Positions 1 to 11,313 of a stretch of 64,000 nt of DNA are shown piece by piece. The position numbers were made by a program, and so were the translations under genes. The notes under the pieces are model-generated. The model was not told the origin of the DNA, did no database searches, and saw only the letters and a program-made list of their open reading frames with translations. The stretch covers positions 372,001 to 436,000 of the forward strand of contig CAUYUJ010000325.1 in assembly GCA_963575745.1 (NCBI GenBank). Direction: 5' to 3'. The DNA comes from Prorocentrum cordatum (lineage: Eukaryota). Positions within the stretch are counted from its first letter, which is position 1; the number at the start of each line of letters is the position of its first letter.

Positions 1-1712
1 TCCGCTCCCCTTCTTGCTGAAGGTATCGCGGCGGGGGCTGCGCGAGCGCTGGCGGAGGACAGGGCTCACCGGGGTCCGTGGCTTCGCCGCCTCGCGCGCC
101 GCGACGCGTGCTCGCGCTCGCGGGGCGCGCGCGCGCGGGCTCGCGCCTGGTCGCGCCGGTCGTTGCCGCCTTTCTTGCCCCCGCCCTTGGCGAACGCCGC
201 CTGGCGGTCCGACTGCTGGACTCTCTCCTACAGCGCGCAGCGCGATGCACGATGCCAGGGCGGCGGCCACTCAAAAGCGCTGCGCTCCTTGGCGGCGCGC
301 AGAATGTCCCACGACAACGCAGTGAACGAGGCCGTCGCATCCTCGTCGCCGTGTTCCAGGTCTTTCGCCACTTTCTGGCGGAGAAGCAAATCGTACGTGT
401 AGGAAACCTGGACGCGGCGCGGGCTCCCGCGCGCGGCTCCCTGGGCATCGGGCCCGCCGCTCCGCGGACGCGCCTTGACGCCCCCGTGCTCCTCGCTCAC
501 GCGCGCGAGCTGGTACATGTATCCCAATAGCACGACGGGATCAAACACTTTGGACAGGATGCAGCGAAGCCCCCACTCCATTACGTGGGCCTCGCGCCAC
601 GGGGCGCGCGTGGGCGCGCGCGCTGCGCTGCGTCGCGCGCGACCTGGAAGTGCGCATAACCGAGAAAATCCATTCGGTCCAGGGCCGCACCCGCGCGGTT
701 CGCCGCGGTGACGGCCGACGCGCGATCGCGCCACGAGCCCGCCCCCGCTGGCACCGAGTCCAGCTTCGGCATTCGCGCCCATTGGGGCTTGCAGTGGTCC
801 TGCGCGCGGAGCAATCGGCGAAACGGAAGCTTGTCATTGCACGTGCCGCCGAGCAGGGAGCCTGCAGGCTCTCGCCCTCGGCGCTCCCAATGTATGAGCG
901 GCCATGGGACTGGGCCGTCCGGCCCGCGGCCGCGAATTTGCGCATCGACTCCTCGGTCGGCAATCCCTCACGGGGGAACTTGCCGAGCCAGACCTCGCGC
1001 ACGCGGTCCTGCCGAGGCGCGTATCCCCGAACAATGCCGCCCGCGCATGCGAAAACGCGGCGCGCCTCCATGGCAAACGCCAGCGGCTTCTCCCGCTTTT
1101 CTTCGAGCAATTCCTTGCTGGCCTTCACGTATTCTTCCATTGCCGCCGCAATCCGCGTCGTCTCCTCCGCGGGCTTGGCGGCCGCCTCCGCCGGGGCCGA
1201 TTGCTGACCCTCCTGGCGGCACGCCGTGCGGCGGCCCGCGTCCTCGCGCACCAACGGGGCGGGGGCCTTCCGCCCGAAGGCTTCCATCGCTCGCGACTGT
1301 GTCCGCAGCGCCATATTGATGCGGCACGGCTTAATCGCGAAATCACGCCACTCCGCGGAAGAATCGCCCGCAAACGGCTTCGCGCCTGGCTTCAGGGCCG
1401 CAATCAACACATCGCGCATGGCCGCATCCGAGTAATCAATCGGGCGGACCGCCCCGATCGCTTCGGCCATCAGGCGCGCGACCGTGGTGCACAGCACCAG
1501 CTCGGGAGCTGGCGATGCGCCCCCCTCCGCCGCGTTGGCCGCTGCGACGAAGAGGACCCAATCGGCCTTGCGCGCCGCTGCGAGTGGGCTCATGCCCGCG
1601 GTAGACGCACGGAGACGCGCGCGCGCGCCCTGATGGCATTTTTGTCGGCGCCGAATGCGCCAGCAGGCAGATCGCCAAGCAACTCAACGATGTCTGAGCG
1701 AGCCAGCGCCAT
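1..1712 (-). CDS. Spliced gene, 9 exons, >=414 aa, runs off the window; unknown protein, weakly DIRS/Ngaro gag-like
   Basis: Exons 1712-1629, 1566-1267, 1212-1066, 1008-862, 799-644, 590-474, 407-288, 227-147, 90-<1 join into one stop-free frame (MALARSDIVELL...MEWGLRCILSKVFDPVVLLGYMYQLARVSEEHGGVK|VSYTYDLLLRQKVAKDL...RSRSPRR). Introns are 53-66 nt, with GC/GT/GA donors and AG|G acceptors. The product call is inference from the YDxxxR motif. Confidence 0.75.
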
Positions 1713-1796
1713 GGATGCTGCGCGCGCGTCGGAAAGCGCCGTGCACGTATCCCCCTCGGCGTCCTTATCGCGCGCTGGCGGTTGCACATGACATAA

Positions 1797-2360
1797 CCCG
1801 CAGGCATCCAGCGCAAGAGGGCAGGCAAACGCACGCCGCAGGCATACTGCGCACCGGGGCTGACAGGCAGCATCCGCAGGCATACTGCGCACTGGGCCGG
1901 CATACGGCAACCGCAGGCGTACTGCGTACAAGGGCCGGCATACGGCACACACTTGCAGGCATACTGCAACGCACGCAGGCATACTGCGCTATGGGGGGGG
2001 GGGCCGGCATACGGCACTCGCAGGCATACTGCGCTTAATGGCCGGCATACGGCGCCCACTTGCAGGCATGCAGCCGCGCGCGCAGGCATACTGCGGAGAG
2101 GGGCTGACAGGCAGCAATCGCAGGCATACTGCGTACAGGGCCGGCATTCGGCATTCGCAGGCACACTGCGCACAATGGCCGGCATACGGCACACACTGCA
2201 GGCATACTGCACAGAGGAATGATTGCCGGCGTACGGCATCCGCAGGCATACTGCGCACAAGGGACCAGCATACGGCGCGCACTTGCAGTACAGCGCAGGG
2301 GACAAGTGGCCGGCATACGGCATCCGTCGGCACACTGCGCACTGGGTCGGCATTCGGTCG
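1797..2360. repeat. Degenerate minisatellite of GCAGGCATACTGCGC and GGCCGGCATACGGCA modules
   Basis: The two modules alternate repeatedly across the interval. Confidence 0.85.
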
Positions 2361-2570
2361 GAAAAACGCATCCCGCCAGCGGGGCGGCCACGCGTGAGAC
2401 AAATCCCATTCACCTGCGACGAGAACGCGCTCGCGGGCGCGCAGGGTGGGGATCCGCCTCAGCCGTGAATAGCCGTCCCGCAGCATTAGAGACAAGCAAG
2501 AAGATAGCCAATAGGGGCCACGACGCTCGCGCGACTTCTCCCCGCGCTCAAATGCTGCCCAGAGCGCCCA

Positions 2571-2650
2571 TAACAACAACAACAACAACACAACAACAAC
2601 AACAACACCACCACCAACAACAACAACAACACCAACAACAACAACAACCA
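2571..2650. repeat. (CAA)n microsatellite
   Basis: Direct reading. Confidence 0.95.
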
Positions 2651-3049
2651 TTTTAAGGCTGTGCGCTCTTACTTGCCCGCGAGTCATTCAACGCGTATAA
2701 TTACCCTACACCCTCGATGCCCGCCCTCTTCGTCTTCGATCACACCCCTTTCGGGGGGATTATTTCTCTTTGCTGGGGCCGGCGGGCTTAGACGCACGGG
2801 CAAACCGGAACGGGCGGACAATCCTTCGGGGGCGTGCATCTCTCTACCCGCCATTGGAATTGGCGCGGGCCCTGCAAGAGGAGGAGGGGAAGAACGAGGG
2901 AGAGTGGGAGGAAGGGGGGGGAAAGGACGAAGGAAGAGGGAAGATACCTTGTGAAGGCGTCCTTGGCGCGTGCGCGGTTCCTGAGCGCCGAAACGCAATT
3001 CCAGAATAATTTGTGAGGACGTCGCACGCGAGAGCGCAGTCCTGAGTAC

Positions 3050-3445
3050 ATTGTGAGGAAATCTCAGGCGGAAGTGGGGGCCCTGACTAAGTTGCGAGGA
3101 AGTCTCAAGCGGGAGCGCCGTTCCTGAGCAAATTGCATGGAAGTCTCAAGCGAGAGCGGGGGTCCCCACTAAATTGCGAGGAAGTCTCAGGCGGGAGCGC
3201 CGTTCCTGAGTCAATTGCGCGGAAATGTTAGGCAGGAGCGGGGGTCCTGAGTAAAATTCGAAGAAGTCTCAGGCGGGAGCGCCGTTCCCACGTAAATTGC
3301 ACGGAAGTCTCAGGCGGGAGCGGGGGTCTTGATTACATTGCGAGGAAGTCTCAAACGGGAGCGCCTTTCCTGAGTAAATTGCGCGGAAGTCTCAGGCGGG
3401 AGCGGGGGTCCTGAGTAAAAATCGAGGAAGTCTCAAGCGGGAGCC
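3050..3445. repeat. ~40-bp tandem repeat (GGAAGTCTCAGGCGGGAGCG...CCTGAGTAAATTGCG), about 10 copies, two alternating variants
   Basis: GGAAGTCTCA(G/A)GCGGGAGCG recurs about every 40 bp, followed alternately by CCGTTCC or GGGGTCC. Confidence 0.85.
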
Positions 3446-3577
3446 GTTGTTGTTGTAGCCCGGGGGGCAGGGGCACAGTTTGAGCAGGAAGACTTTCCTT
3501 GAGAAAAAACAGAAAGTGCGAGCCCCGGGGCTGGCACTTCAATTGAAAAAAATCAATGTGCACCGGTGGGGGGGATC

Positions 3578-4507
3578 AACAATAATTATTCTTCAAGAAT
3601 GAGAGTTCAACAACAACAAACAACAACAACAACAACAATAACAACAACAACAACAACAACAACAGCAACAATCATTTTACCCGAACGCGTGGTGTTCTCC
3701 CCAGTGCCAGGGTTTTCATACGACACCAGGCAATACCCCCACTTCGTGGGGGGGCATTACAAGCTCGACCAAATATCCAAACGACTCTTCGCGACCACCC
3801 AAACCCAGCTTCCCGCCCTATGACGTTGGGACACTTCACTTCGTGGCGTGCGGACGACCGTGGCTACTACACTGGCGTGGGGTACACACCCACAGAACCC
3901 AATGGTTTTTGGAGATTTCGGCGTGCGCGCGCGAAGAAAAAAACGAATGTGTCCCGCATGGTATTATTTGACAGGGATGATGGCCCTGGCAGGTGCGCAA
4001 CCGTTGTCGCAGAAGTTCGAAAAAGTTGCTCGCAAAAGCCCGTTTGACAGAAATGTTAAAAAGTGTTGGGTTTCCTACGAATCCGCAAGAGCGCGCGGGA
4101 TGAGATTTTGACATTTTTTTGTTGAAAAACCATTGGTTTTTTGATGTTTTTATGTTAAAATCGCTCCGAACACTAAGCTTTTGGAAGGATTTCGTCTTGC
4201 GCGCGCGAATGTCCACTTTACCATATTTTTTGCAAGGGATTCTTGAAATTTGATTATATTTGAACAAGAAATTTCATTTTATAGTGTTTTTTGCAAGGGG
4301 AAGCGGATTACAACAAAACAACCGGATCTTGATCACCTCGAATTACCTGAGGCTTCCTCCCGAAAATGATGAAAACGTGGCTGCGGCCTAGGCGCGGCGG
4401 GGGGGGCGCGCGCCAGGGGGCCCAACAATAATTATTCTTTAGAATTAATAATGTTCAACAACAACAACAACAACAACGACAACACCAACAACAGCAACAA
4501 CAACAAC

Positions 4508-4538
<31 letters not shown>

Positions 4539-4672
4539 CATTTTACCCGAACGCGTGGTGTTCTCCCCAGTGCCAGGGTTTTCATACGACACCAGACAAT
4601 ACCCCCACTTCGTGGGGGGGCATTACAAGCTCTACCAAATATCCAAACGACTCTTCGCGACCACCCAAACCC
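3578..4672. repeat. Direct duplication of a ~230-bp block containing (CAA)n (about 3578-3807 and 4424-4672)
   Basis: CAATCATTTTACCCGAACGCGTGGTGTTCTCCCCAGTGCCAGGG...GCGACCACCCAAACCCA is near-identical in both copies. Confidence 0.9.
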
Positions 4673-4846
4673 ACAGCAACAACGAGAATCCGCACCGCGG
4701 AATCCCACTTCAGCCACGCACCCAGGGACAGTGAATGACCGTTCGGTCCCCTCACTCTGACCTTGCGAATGGACGCAGCAACACGAGTGCAGGGCTGGCG
4801 ATCGAAGGATTCGTGCTGCCCCGTGAAAGGGCTTCCTGGGAGGATA

Positions 4847-5492
4847 CGAGCGAGGTGCTCGACGGGTGCGTGACGCCGCGAGGTGGCGGCGCGTGCGGCG
4901 TGACTCCCTGCATGTTGATCGCCCGCTCCTTTGGTCGTGGGTTTTCTCGTGCTCGGGTTTGGAGGGCGGTGGTTTTCGTTTCTCTCAAGGCCCTTTTCAA
5001 GTATCCTTCTTCCCTCCCACCCGTGAGACCATATAGGCCTTACCAGTAGGACCGCCATAAGGCCTCACACCCTCCGCAACTGCCATCATAGGGGCTGAGA
5101 GGCCAAATTCCCACGATCCTAGCACCGACGACGGACGTCGAGGACCACGACTTCGGCGACGACGATGACCGCGACTAGGACTTACCATTACGAGTGGGCG
5201 CAGCTGCACGATTGCGGGGGTGCACAAACGTGGTACTTGTACTGCCTCCTAAAGGGCTGCTCAAGGTGATGGGAGCGAGGTGTTCGACGGGGGCGTGAGT
5301 CCGCGAGGTGGCGGCGGATGTGGCGTGACTCCCCGCCTGTGGGCCGCCCGCTCCTTTTGATAGTGGATTCTCTCGTGCTTGGGTTTGGACGGTGGTTTCA
5401 ATTTCCCTCACTGCCCTTCTCAGGTGTTTTTCCTTCCCCCCCATCTGTGAGGACCATCATAGTCCTTTCTTTCAGTGAGGACTGCCATAAGG
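4847..5492. repeat. Diverged direct duplication (about 4847-5062 and 5273-5492)
   Basis: Shared GAGCGAGGTG(C/T)TCGACGGG...CCGCGAGGTGGCGGC...GTGACTCCC...CTCGTGCT(C/T)GGGTTTGGA...AGGAC(C/T)GCCATAAGGC. Confidence 0.7.
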
Positions 5493-5904
5493 CTATAAGG
5501 CATTACTTTTGAGGGCCGCCACAAGCCGCGGGGGGCACACCCCCGCGAACCTGGCACCGCACGCGCAATGCCAAGAGTGGCGGCCCGTCATCCCCCCCAA
5601 CCGCCATAGGGGGATGCGAAATCCCTGAAGACGGGACGGGGTGGGCACGAGTGGGCATCATAGCCAGCTCGGAATCAAAAGGAAACATCATCGCCTCATC
5701 GTTCATCTAATTGTTGACTTCATTCCATGCGCAGCATGCTCTCCCCAGAGGTCTGGACCCCAGGACCGGCTTGTAATCCCGAGTCGTTTTTGACGGTCCT
5801 GGTGCCCAGCGAGGCCCCCAAAGGCCGAAACTGTTCGAGAACTTCCCGTCGCGATTACTTCACGACACGAAAGGGTCTGTTTGCACGCCCGAAGCGGGTA
5901 CGAA

Positions 5905-6341
5905 AAGCTGACTGGACAAGACCGGGAAGCGTCGCTCCTGTCCACTAGGTATGTGGAGTATGCTCTTTTGTTGGTCTGCTGCGCAGATATGTCGTGGCGT
6001 GCGTGCGTTTGCGCGTGCGCGTGCGTGCGTGGAAGATGTGCATGTGTGTCCGAGCGTGGTGCTCCGCGGCACTGCTGTGTTATGCCGTGTTCTGCCGTGC
6101 ACCTGTGGGTTCTGCCGTGCTCCTGTGTGTACTGCCGTGCTCCTGTGTGTTATGCCATGCTGCTCTGCCATGCTCCTGCGGTCTGAGTGAACGTATGTTG
6201 CCTCTCTGTGTGTGCGTGTGTGTGTGTGCGTGTGTACGTGCCTGTGTGTGCGTGTGCGTGCGCGCGTGCGTGTGCCTGCGTGCGCGTGCCTATCTGCGTG
6301 TGCCTGCGGGTGCGGCTGTGTTAATAGATGTTCTATGTGTT
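5905..6341. repeat. Host repeat: unique head plus TGTGTTCTGCCGTGCTCC satellite and (GT/GCGT)n
   Basis: The head GGACAAGACC...GTCGCTCCTGTCCACTAGGTATG...GCGCAGATATGTCG recurs at about 15240-15350 and, diverged, at about 20240-20660. Confidence 0.8.
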
Positions 6342-6508
6342 GAAGTTGAAATTGAAGACGGGGCCTTAAAGGCAAAAGGAAAACACGGACAGGGCCAGAC
6401 GGGACCCGCGTTCCCGAGAGACGCCGCGCCCAACAGGGCACCGAGGGCGGCGGAAGCCTGCTCCCAAATGGAGCAGCTGGCGCGAGCCACAGCGATGCAA
6501 TCCTTCAC

Positions 6509-9480
6509 TCACTCACTCACGGTGGGGCCGCCACGGTGCTCCATGCGGCGGCGCACCCTGCGGCAAACCTGGGCGCCGCCTGCAGGGCCGGCTGCGGCGG
6601 CGGGGTCCTCCTCGCTGACCCCGCGCGCCCCAAGTCGCCCTGCTCTCGCTGCTTCTGGGCGCCGCAGAGGCAGGCTGGCAGCGTCCTCAGCGGCTGCCGC
6701 AGCCGCTGGGGCTCCACTAGGGCCCGCGGCCACTTGCGGCTCCGCTGCCGCCGCTGGGGCGTTGCCTGTACTGCTCGCAGTGGCCGCAGAGTCTGCAGCT
6801 GGCTCCGCTGCAGTTCCCAGCCACTCCAGGCACCGCTCCTGCGCTTGCTCAGGCACTGGACCCTGCGAGCGCAGCGCTGGGATACCCTCTCCTTTCACTC
6901 TGTGCCCGGCAGTCCGCGACCCCTCCTGCCTCCTGCCTCCAGGATGGAGTCCTCGTTGCCACAGGCTGCACTGGTTCCTGCCGCCCCTGTCGGTCTTGTC
7001 GCCTGGGCAGCGCTCCTTAAGGCGAGGCCTAATCCCTGAGCGGCCGCCCAACGTCACGTAGGCGCCGCACTTGGAGCATGCCACGTGCCCCTGGGCGCCC
7101 TTCCCTTCCCCAGCGCAGGCGTAGGACAGGGCATGCCCCAGGATGCAGAAGGGACTGCACTAGCCGAGAGGGCAGCCGAGCTGCTGCCTGTAGAGCGGCC
7201 ACTCTCCGAGCGTGGCCGCGTCCAGGCTGCAAGGTCCTCGCCGTCCTTGGCCGTCTGCTGCGGGCAGCGGTCGCGCCAGACGGCGCGGTAGACCCCTGCC
7301 TCCAGGTTGCCGTCGTCGTCGCACTGCGCAAAGGCCCAGCCCTCACAGCGGAAGGCGCCGAACTGCGGCTCGAGCACCGAGCCATCGAGGCACAGCTTGC
7401 CGTTGAGCTTACCAGCTGGCCTGCCGACGCATTGCACCCACATGGCGTCGTTGCGGCGACCCTGCTGAGGCCCTAGTGTGGGCAACCGGCAGCGGCCGCA
7501 GCCGTCGCCTGCGCGCCCGCCTAGGGCCCGCGCTCGTTCTGCACCCTGCTTCGGCCGTGTCGACACACAGTCGCGCCGCTGGGCCCCGAGCACGGGGCAG
7601 CCGAACAGGCGGTGCCACAAGGTGTCTCTCTCTGCTCTGCAGCAGCCGCAGCGCGCATGTCCTTGTTCACATGCCTCGAGGAGCATGGCCCGCGTCCAGT
7701 GCGCGTTGGTGATGCAGGCCCCGAGCACAATCTGTTCCCTCACTCTGGGCCCGCCGCCTCGCCCGAGCTGGCGTCCGATGGCGCCCCAGCGCAGTGGCAG
7801 CTGCAAGCGGGCGTCGTGGCTGAGCTTCCGCGTCACGCGACGGGCGGATGCTCGCCGAGCGCCAGGGCCAGCCTCCGAGCCCAGCTCCCGAGACCAGAGG
7901 TGCACGAAGTCGAGCTCATCGCCAGAGCCCGTGACCATGCACCGCTCGGACTTGAAGTGCCAGCCGATCCGCGCACGGGACAGCACCACCGCGTCGAAGG
8001 GGGGGGCGCAGTGCTTCCATGGCGCGTAAGCTCTTGCGCGCCTGGTCGCCGCCGCCTCCAGCCCCCGCTCAATCATCCTGGGCGGCAGTTCGCCTGTCTG
8101 CAGCAGCACCGACATCATCTGGACTGCGTGGCCAACCGTGAGGGCTGCAGAATCCAGGCTGCGCCTTCTCCTGAGCGCGGCACAGCGCAAGCACAGCCCT
8201 CGCTCCGCGCCCATGAGGAGCGCTCCTGCACTGCGGCAGGCCGCAAGCCTCCATCTGCGCGGCTCACCGTCCGCGTTGCCCGTGACCGTGCGACCGCACT
8301 CCATGCTGGCCGTGGGCCCAGCCTTGCAGATCGGGTCCTGCCTGTGAGCTCGGCGAAGCGCTCCTGCAGCTCGAACTCGTCCTTCATGCACTCCTCTCCT
8401 TTCATTGGCGGCGTCCGTGCCGATGTTCCTGGCCTGCAAGAGCTTACGGAAGGGCCAGGCTTGCGACTTCCTGGACACCCCGAGCTGGCGCCCAAGGCTA
8501 GGACGCGACGCGAGGAGGGTCGACTGAGCAGCACTGAGGGGAGGGTGCTGGACACGGAGGCGACGCGCCACTTCCAGCCCAGCGCGGCCGAGCCGTGCAG
8601 CCACCAGCTGCTCCGTGCCCACGGCCTGCATCGCGATGTCGCCGACGACGCTGCGAGCGCCCGCCAGCGGCCTGCCGCCCGCTGAGGCGGTGCGGAGGGC
8701 TGCCAGCCCAGGCAGCCTGGCCACAAAGGTGGCGCACGCACCCCCCGCCAGAACCGCCCCGTTGGTGCAGAACGACTCGGTGGCCAGGCCCACGACGGAA
8801 ACGGACCGCGGTCTCTGGTAGAATACCAGCAGCGTCACATCGCCCCCAACAGCGTCGACACCAGGAAAACGACCAGGACGCACAAGTACCTGCACCAGGG
8901 CGTCGGGCCTCACGTCCTGCAGCAGCAGCCACACAGGCTTGCGCGGGCACAGCCAAAAGCCATCCAGAGCCGAGGCCTCCCTGACGCCGTGGGCCAAGCA
9001 AAGGGGGCCCGCGAGCCCGTCGTACACGTGCTCTGCCCCTTGGGCCTCACATGTGCACTCAGCAGGCCGTCGCCGAAGGCCGCGAAGATGTCGAGGTTGA
9101 TGCCCTTGGGCCCCAGGGCGCCCTGCAGAAACAGCGAGCACGCCAGGACCAGCAGCCCAGACGCCGTGGTGACCGTGACCCCAACCAAGCGATGCCTCAA
9201 GTCACTCGGCGTCGCCCACACACCCTCCGCAGCCTGCAGGTCGCTGCGTGCAAGGGTCGCCACGCCCCCTGAGTTCGCCAGCGGGCCCTCCTGGTCCGCG
9301 GCCGCCGGCGCATGGAGGTGCGCCGACAAGCCCAAGCGCAGCACTGCTCCTCTGGCTTCTTCCAGGCGGTGCGGAGCCAGGCGGGTCTCCTCCAGCCCGC
9401 AGTGGACATCCTGAGCTGCCGTCGCGGCTTGGCCTGGCGCTGGCGGGGCCTGCGCACTCCCGAGGGCGAGGGCCCGCTTG
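6509..9480 (-). pseudogene. LINE ORF2 remnant: endonuclease-like, RT fragment, CCHC, RNase H-like and C-terminal Cys motif
   Basis: APE-like GLEETRL and GGVATLAR; CGCCRAERDTLWHRLFGCP (CX2CX8HX4C); RNase H-like LCLDGS...GWAFAQCDDDG...QTAKDGE; CSKCGAY. The region is frameshifted and appears internally deleted. Confidence 0.65.
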
Positions 9481-9546
9481 CCGCCGAGGCGGGCCGCTTC
9501 GGCACCGCCGCCCTCCTGCAGCCTAAGCCTGGCGCCACTGGCGTGG

Positions 9547-10850
9547 CTACGCGCACGACTGCCGCGGCCTCTCTCCTCCGCCGCGACTCTCAGCGGCGCG
9601 GCCAGCAGGGCGAGCAGCAAGAGGGGCCAGGTCCTCAGCCTCGGCCGCCAGCTCCCGCTTGCACGCCTGGGCGACCTTCGGCCACTCGCCGCTGGCGTCG
9701 CCTCGACGTTCGGCCTGGCCGCGCTCCGCGGCGCACTGCGGCTGCCAAGGCCTGCAGCCTCCTGCGTGGTCGCCGTCCTCACTGTCGATCTCATCCATGG
9801 GACATGACTCCGCCCAGGGCACCCTCCTCGGGGCCGCAGGGGCTTCGGCGAGCTGCGCACGCACCGCCTCCACCTGGGAGCGAATGGCCGCCCATGCCAC
9901 TTCGAAGTTGCTGGAGCCCCACGCCTCGGGCAGCTTGTCCAGCTGCATGAGGAGCCCTGGGACCTGGCTGGCCCCTGCCCACTCGGCTGCACGCTGACGC
10001 AGCTGCGCAGCGGCCTCCACTCGGGCTTCCTCCTCGGGGGCGTGGAGCGCACGGCTTGCCTCCTCCACCTCAGCATCGAGCTGCGCCAGCTCCTCCTGGG
10101 CCTTCTGCAGCTGGGCCTCGGCGATGCCACGTGCTGCTTGCTTCTGCTCCAGGCCCTGGCGCGCCGCTCGGAGGCGCTTCTCTGCCTTGCTGATGGCGTT
10201 CGCCTCCTTGTGGAGCACCGCCGACAGCGGCAGGGAGGGCGCCTTCTGCACTGCTGCCGAGCGCTGGGCCTCAACCAGCTCTGCGCGCTTGGCCTCCAGC
10301 TGGCTACAACGACGTCGGTGAAGCAGCAATCGGCCCCGTCGGGCGGCCCTGCCTGCAGCTCCTCCAGCTGCTCGACCGCCACTTGCAGCCTCTCGATCGC
10401 CGTGGCGTCGCTGCCGCTGGGCGCCCCGCTGGCTCCCTACGCCGAGGTCTGCGACTTGGTGGTTGCCGCACTCGTAGCCGCACTGCGGGCCTGCCGTTGG
10501 GCGCGGCGCCCGCGCGGCTGGTCCACCCAGCCGTCCTTGTCAGCCTGGGGCTTGGCCTTGGCTGCTGCTTCCAGGGCCCATGGCGGAGCTGCATACCCAC
10601 AGCCAAGGCACGTGGTGCGCCAGTCCCAGTTCCACCCTCCGCAGCTGCACATCCAGTACTTCCTGCTGCGCCTGCTGCCGCTTGCCGCCACCCCGCGAGG
10701 AGCGCGCCATGGCCCAGGCCGCGCTGGCTGGCAGGTCGCCCCTCCGCGCCGCGAAGGCAGAGAGCACAACAAGGAAGTGTACTGGCCCAAAGCGAGGAGG
10801 CCCTCGCGCTCGGAACGCCGCGGACGACTTGCGGTCGTCGGGTGATCCAT
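9547..10850 (-). pseudogene. LINE ORF1 remnant with zinc finger and coiled coil
   Basis: ATG lies 3 nt after the SL. KYWMCSCGGWNWDWRTTCLGCG is RanBP2-like. EANAISKAEKRLRAARQGLEQKQAARG is coiled-coil-like. The frame is broken by a stop and a frameshift. Confidence 0.65.
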
Positions 10851-10853
10851 GGC

Positions 10854-10875
10854 CTTGAGCCAAAATGGCTACGGA
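10854..10875 (-). other. Dinoflagellate spliced-leader copy, 22/22
   Basis: Reverse complement reads TCCGTAGCCATTTTGGCTCAAG. Confidence 0.97.
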
Positions 10876-11313
10876 GATGTTCTATGTGTTCTGCCGTGCT
10901 CCTGCGTGTTCTGCCGTGCTCCTGCGTGTTCTGCCGTGGTCCTGCTCTGCCGTGCTCCTATGAATTCCGATGTGCTCCTGTGTGTTCTGCCGTATTGCTG
11001 CTTGCTTTGCCGTGCTCCTATGTGCTTTGAAAGATCTGCCGCGCTCCTGTGTGTTCTGCCATGCTCCTGTGTGTTCTGCCGTGCTCCTATGTGCTCTGTG
11101 TGTTCTGCCGTGCTTCCGTGATCCTGCGTGTTCTGCCGTGCTCATGTGTGCTCCGCCGTGCTCCTGCATTTTCTGCCGTCAATGATGCCGTGCACCGGGG
11201 TGTTCTGCCATGCTCCTGTGTGTGCTGCCGTGCTCCTGTGTGTTCTGCCGCGCTCCCCCTTGTTCTGCCGTGCCCCTATGTGTTTTGTGTGTTATGCCGT
11301 GCTCCAGTATATT
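10876..11313. repeat. ~18-bp satellite TGTGTTCTGCCGTGCTCC
   Basis: Tandem degenerate copies. The same satellite occurs at 12921-13197, 14551-14705, 16293-16486 and 18798-19385. Confidence 0.9.

Larger units (their letters stand above)
6342..10875 (-). mobile_element. LINE-type non-LTR retrotransposon A1, decayed, SL-capped, both ends present
   Basis: The 5' end is a perfect SL and the 3' end is GCCTTTAAGGCCCCGTC plus a short TTCAA-type tail. A 15-bp TSD GATGTTCTATGTGTT lies at 6327-6341 and 10876-10890. ORF1 and ORF2 remnants lie inside. Confidence 0.85.

Noticed and set aside
1331..1390. Ninth intron within the 300-nt exon
   Set aside because: There is a CAG|GC donor candidate but no AG|G acceptor giving a convincing product, and the frame is open without it.
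10854..10875. SL RNA gene (also 18774 and 45033)
   Set aside because: Each SL leads into an element ORF and lies inside a TSD pair. None is followed by a GT-starting SL intron, so these are retro-integrated copies.
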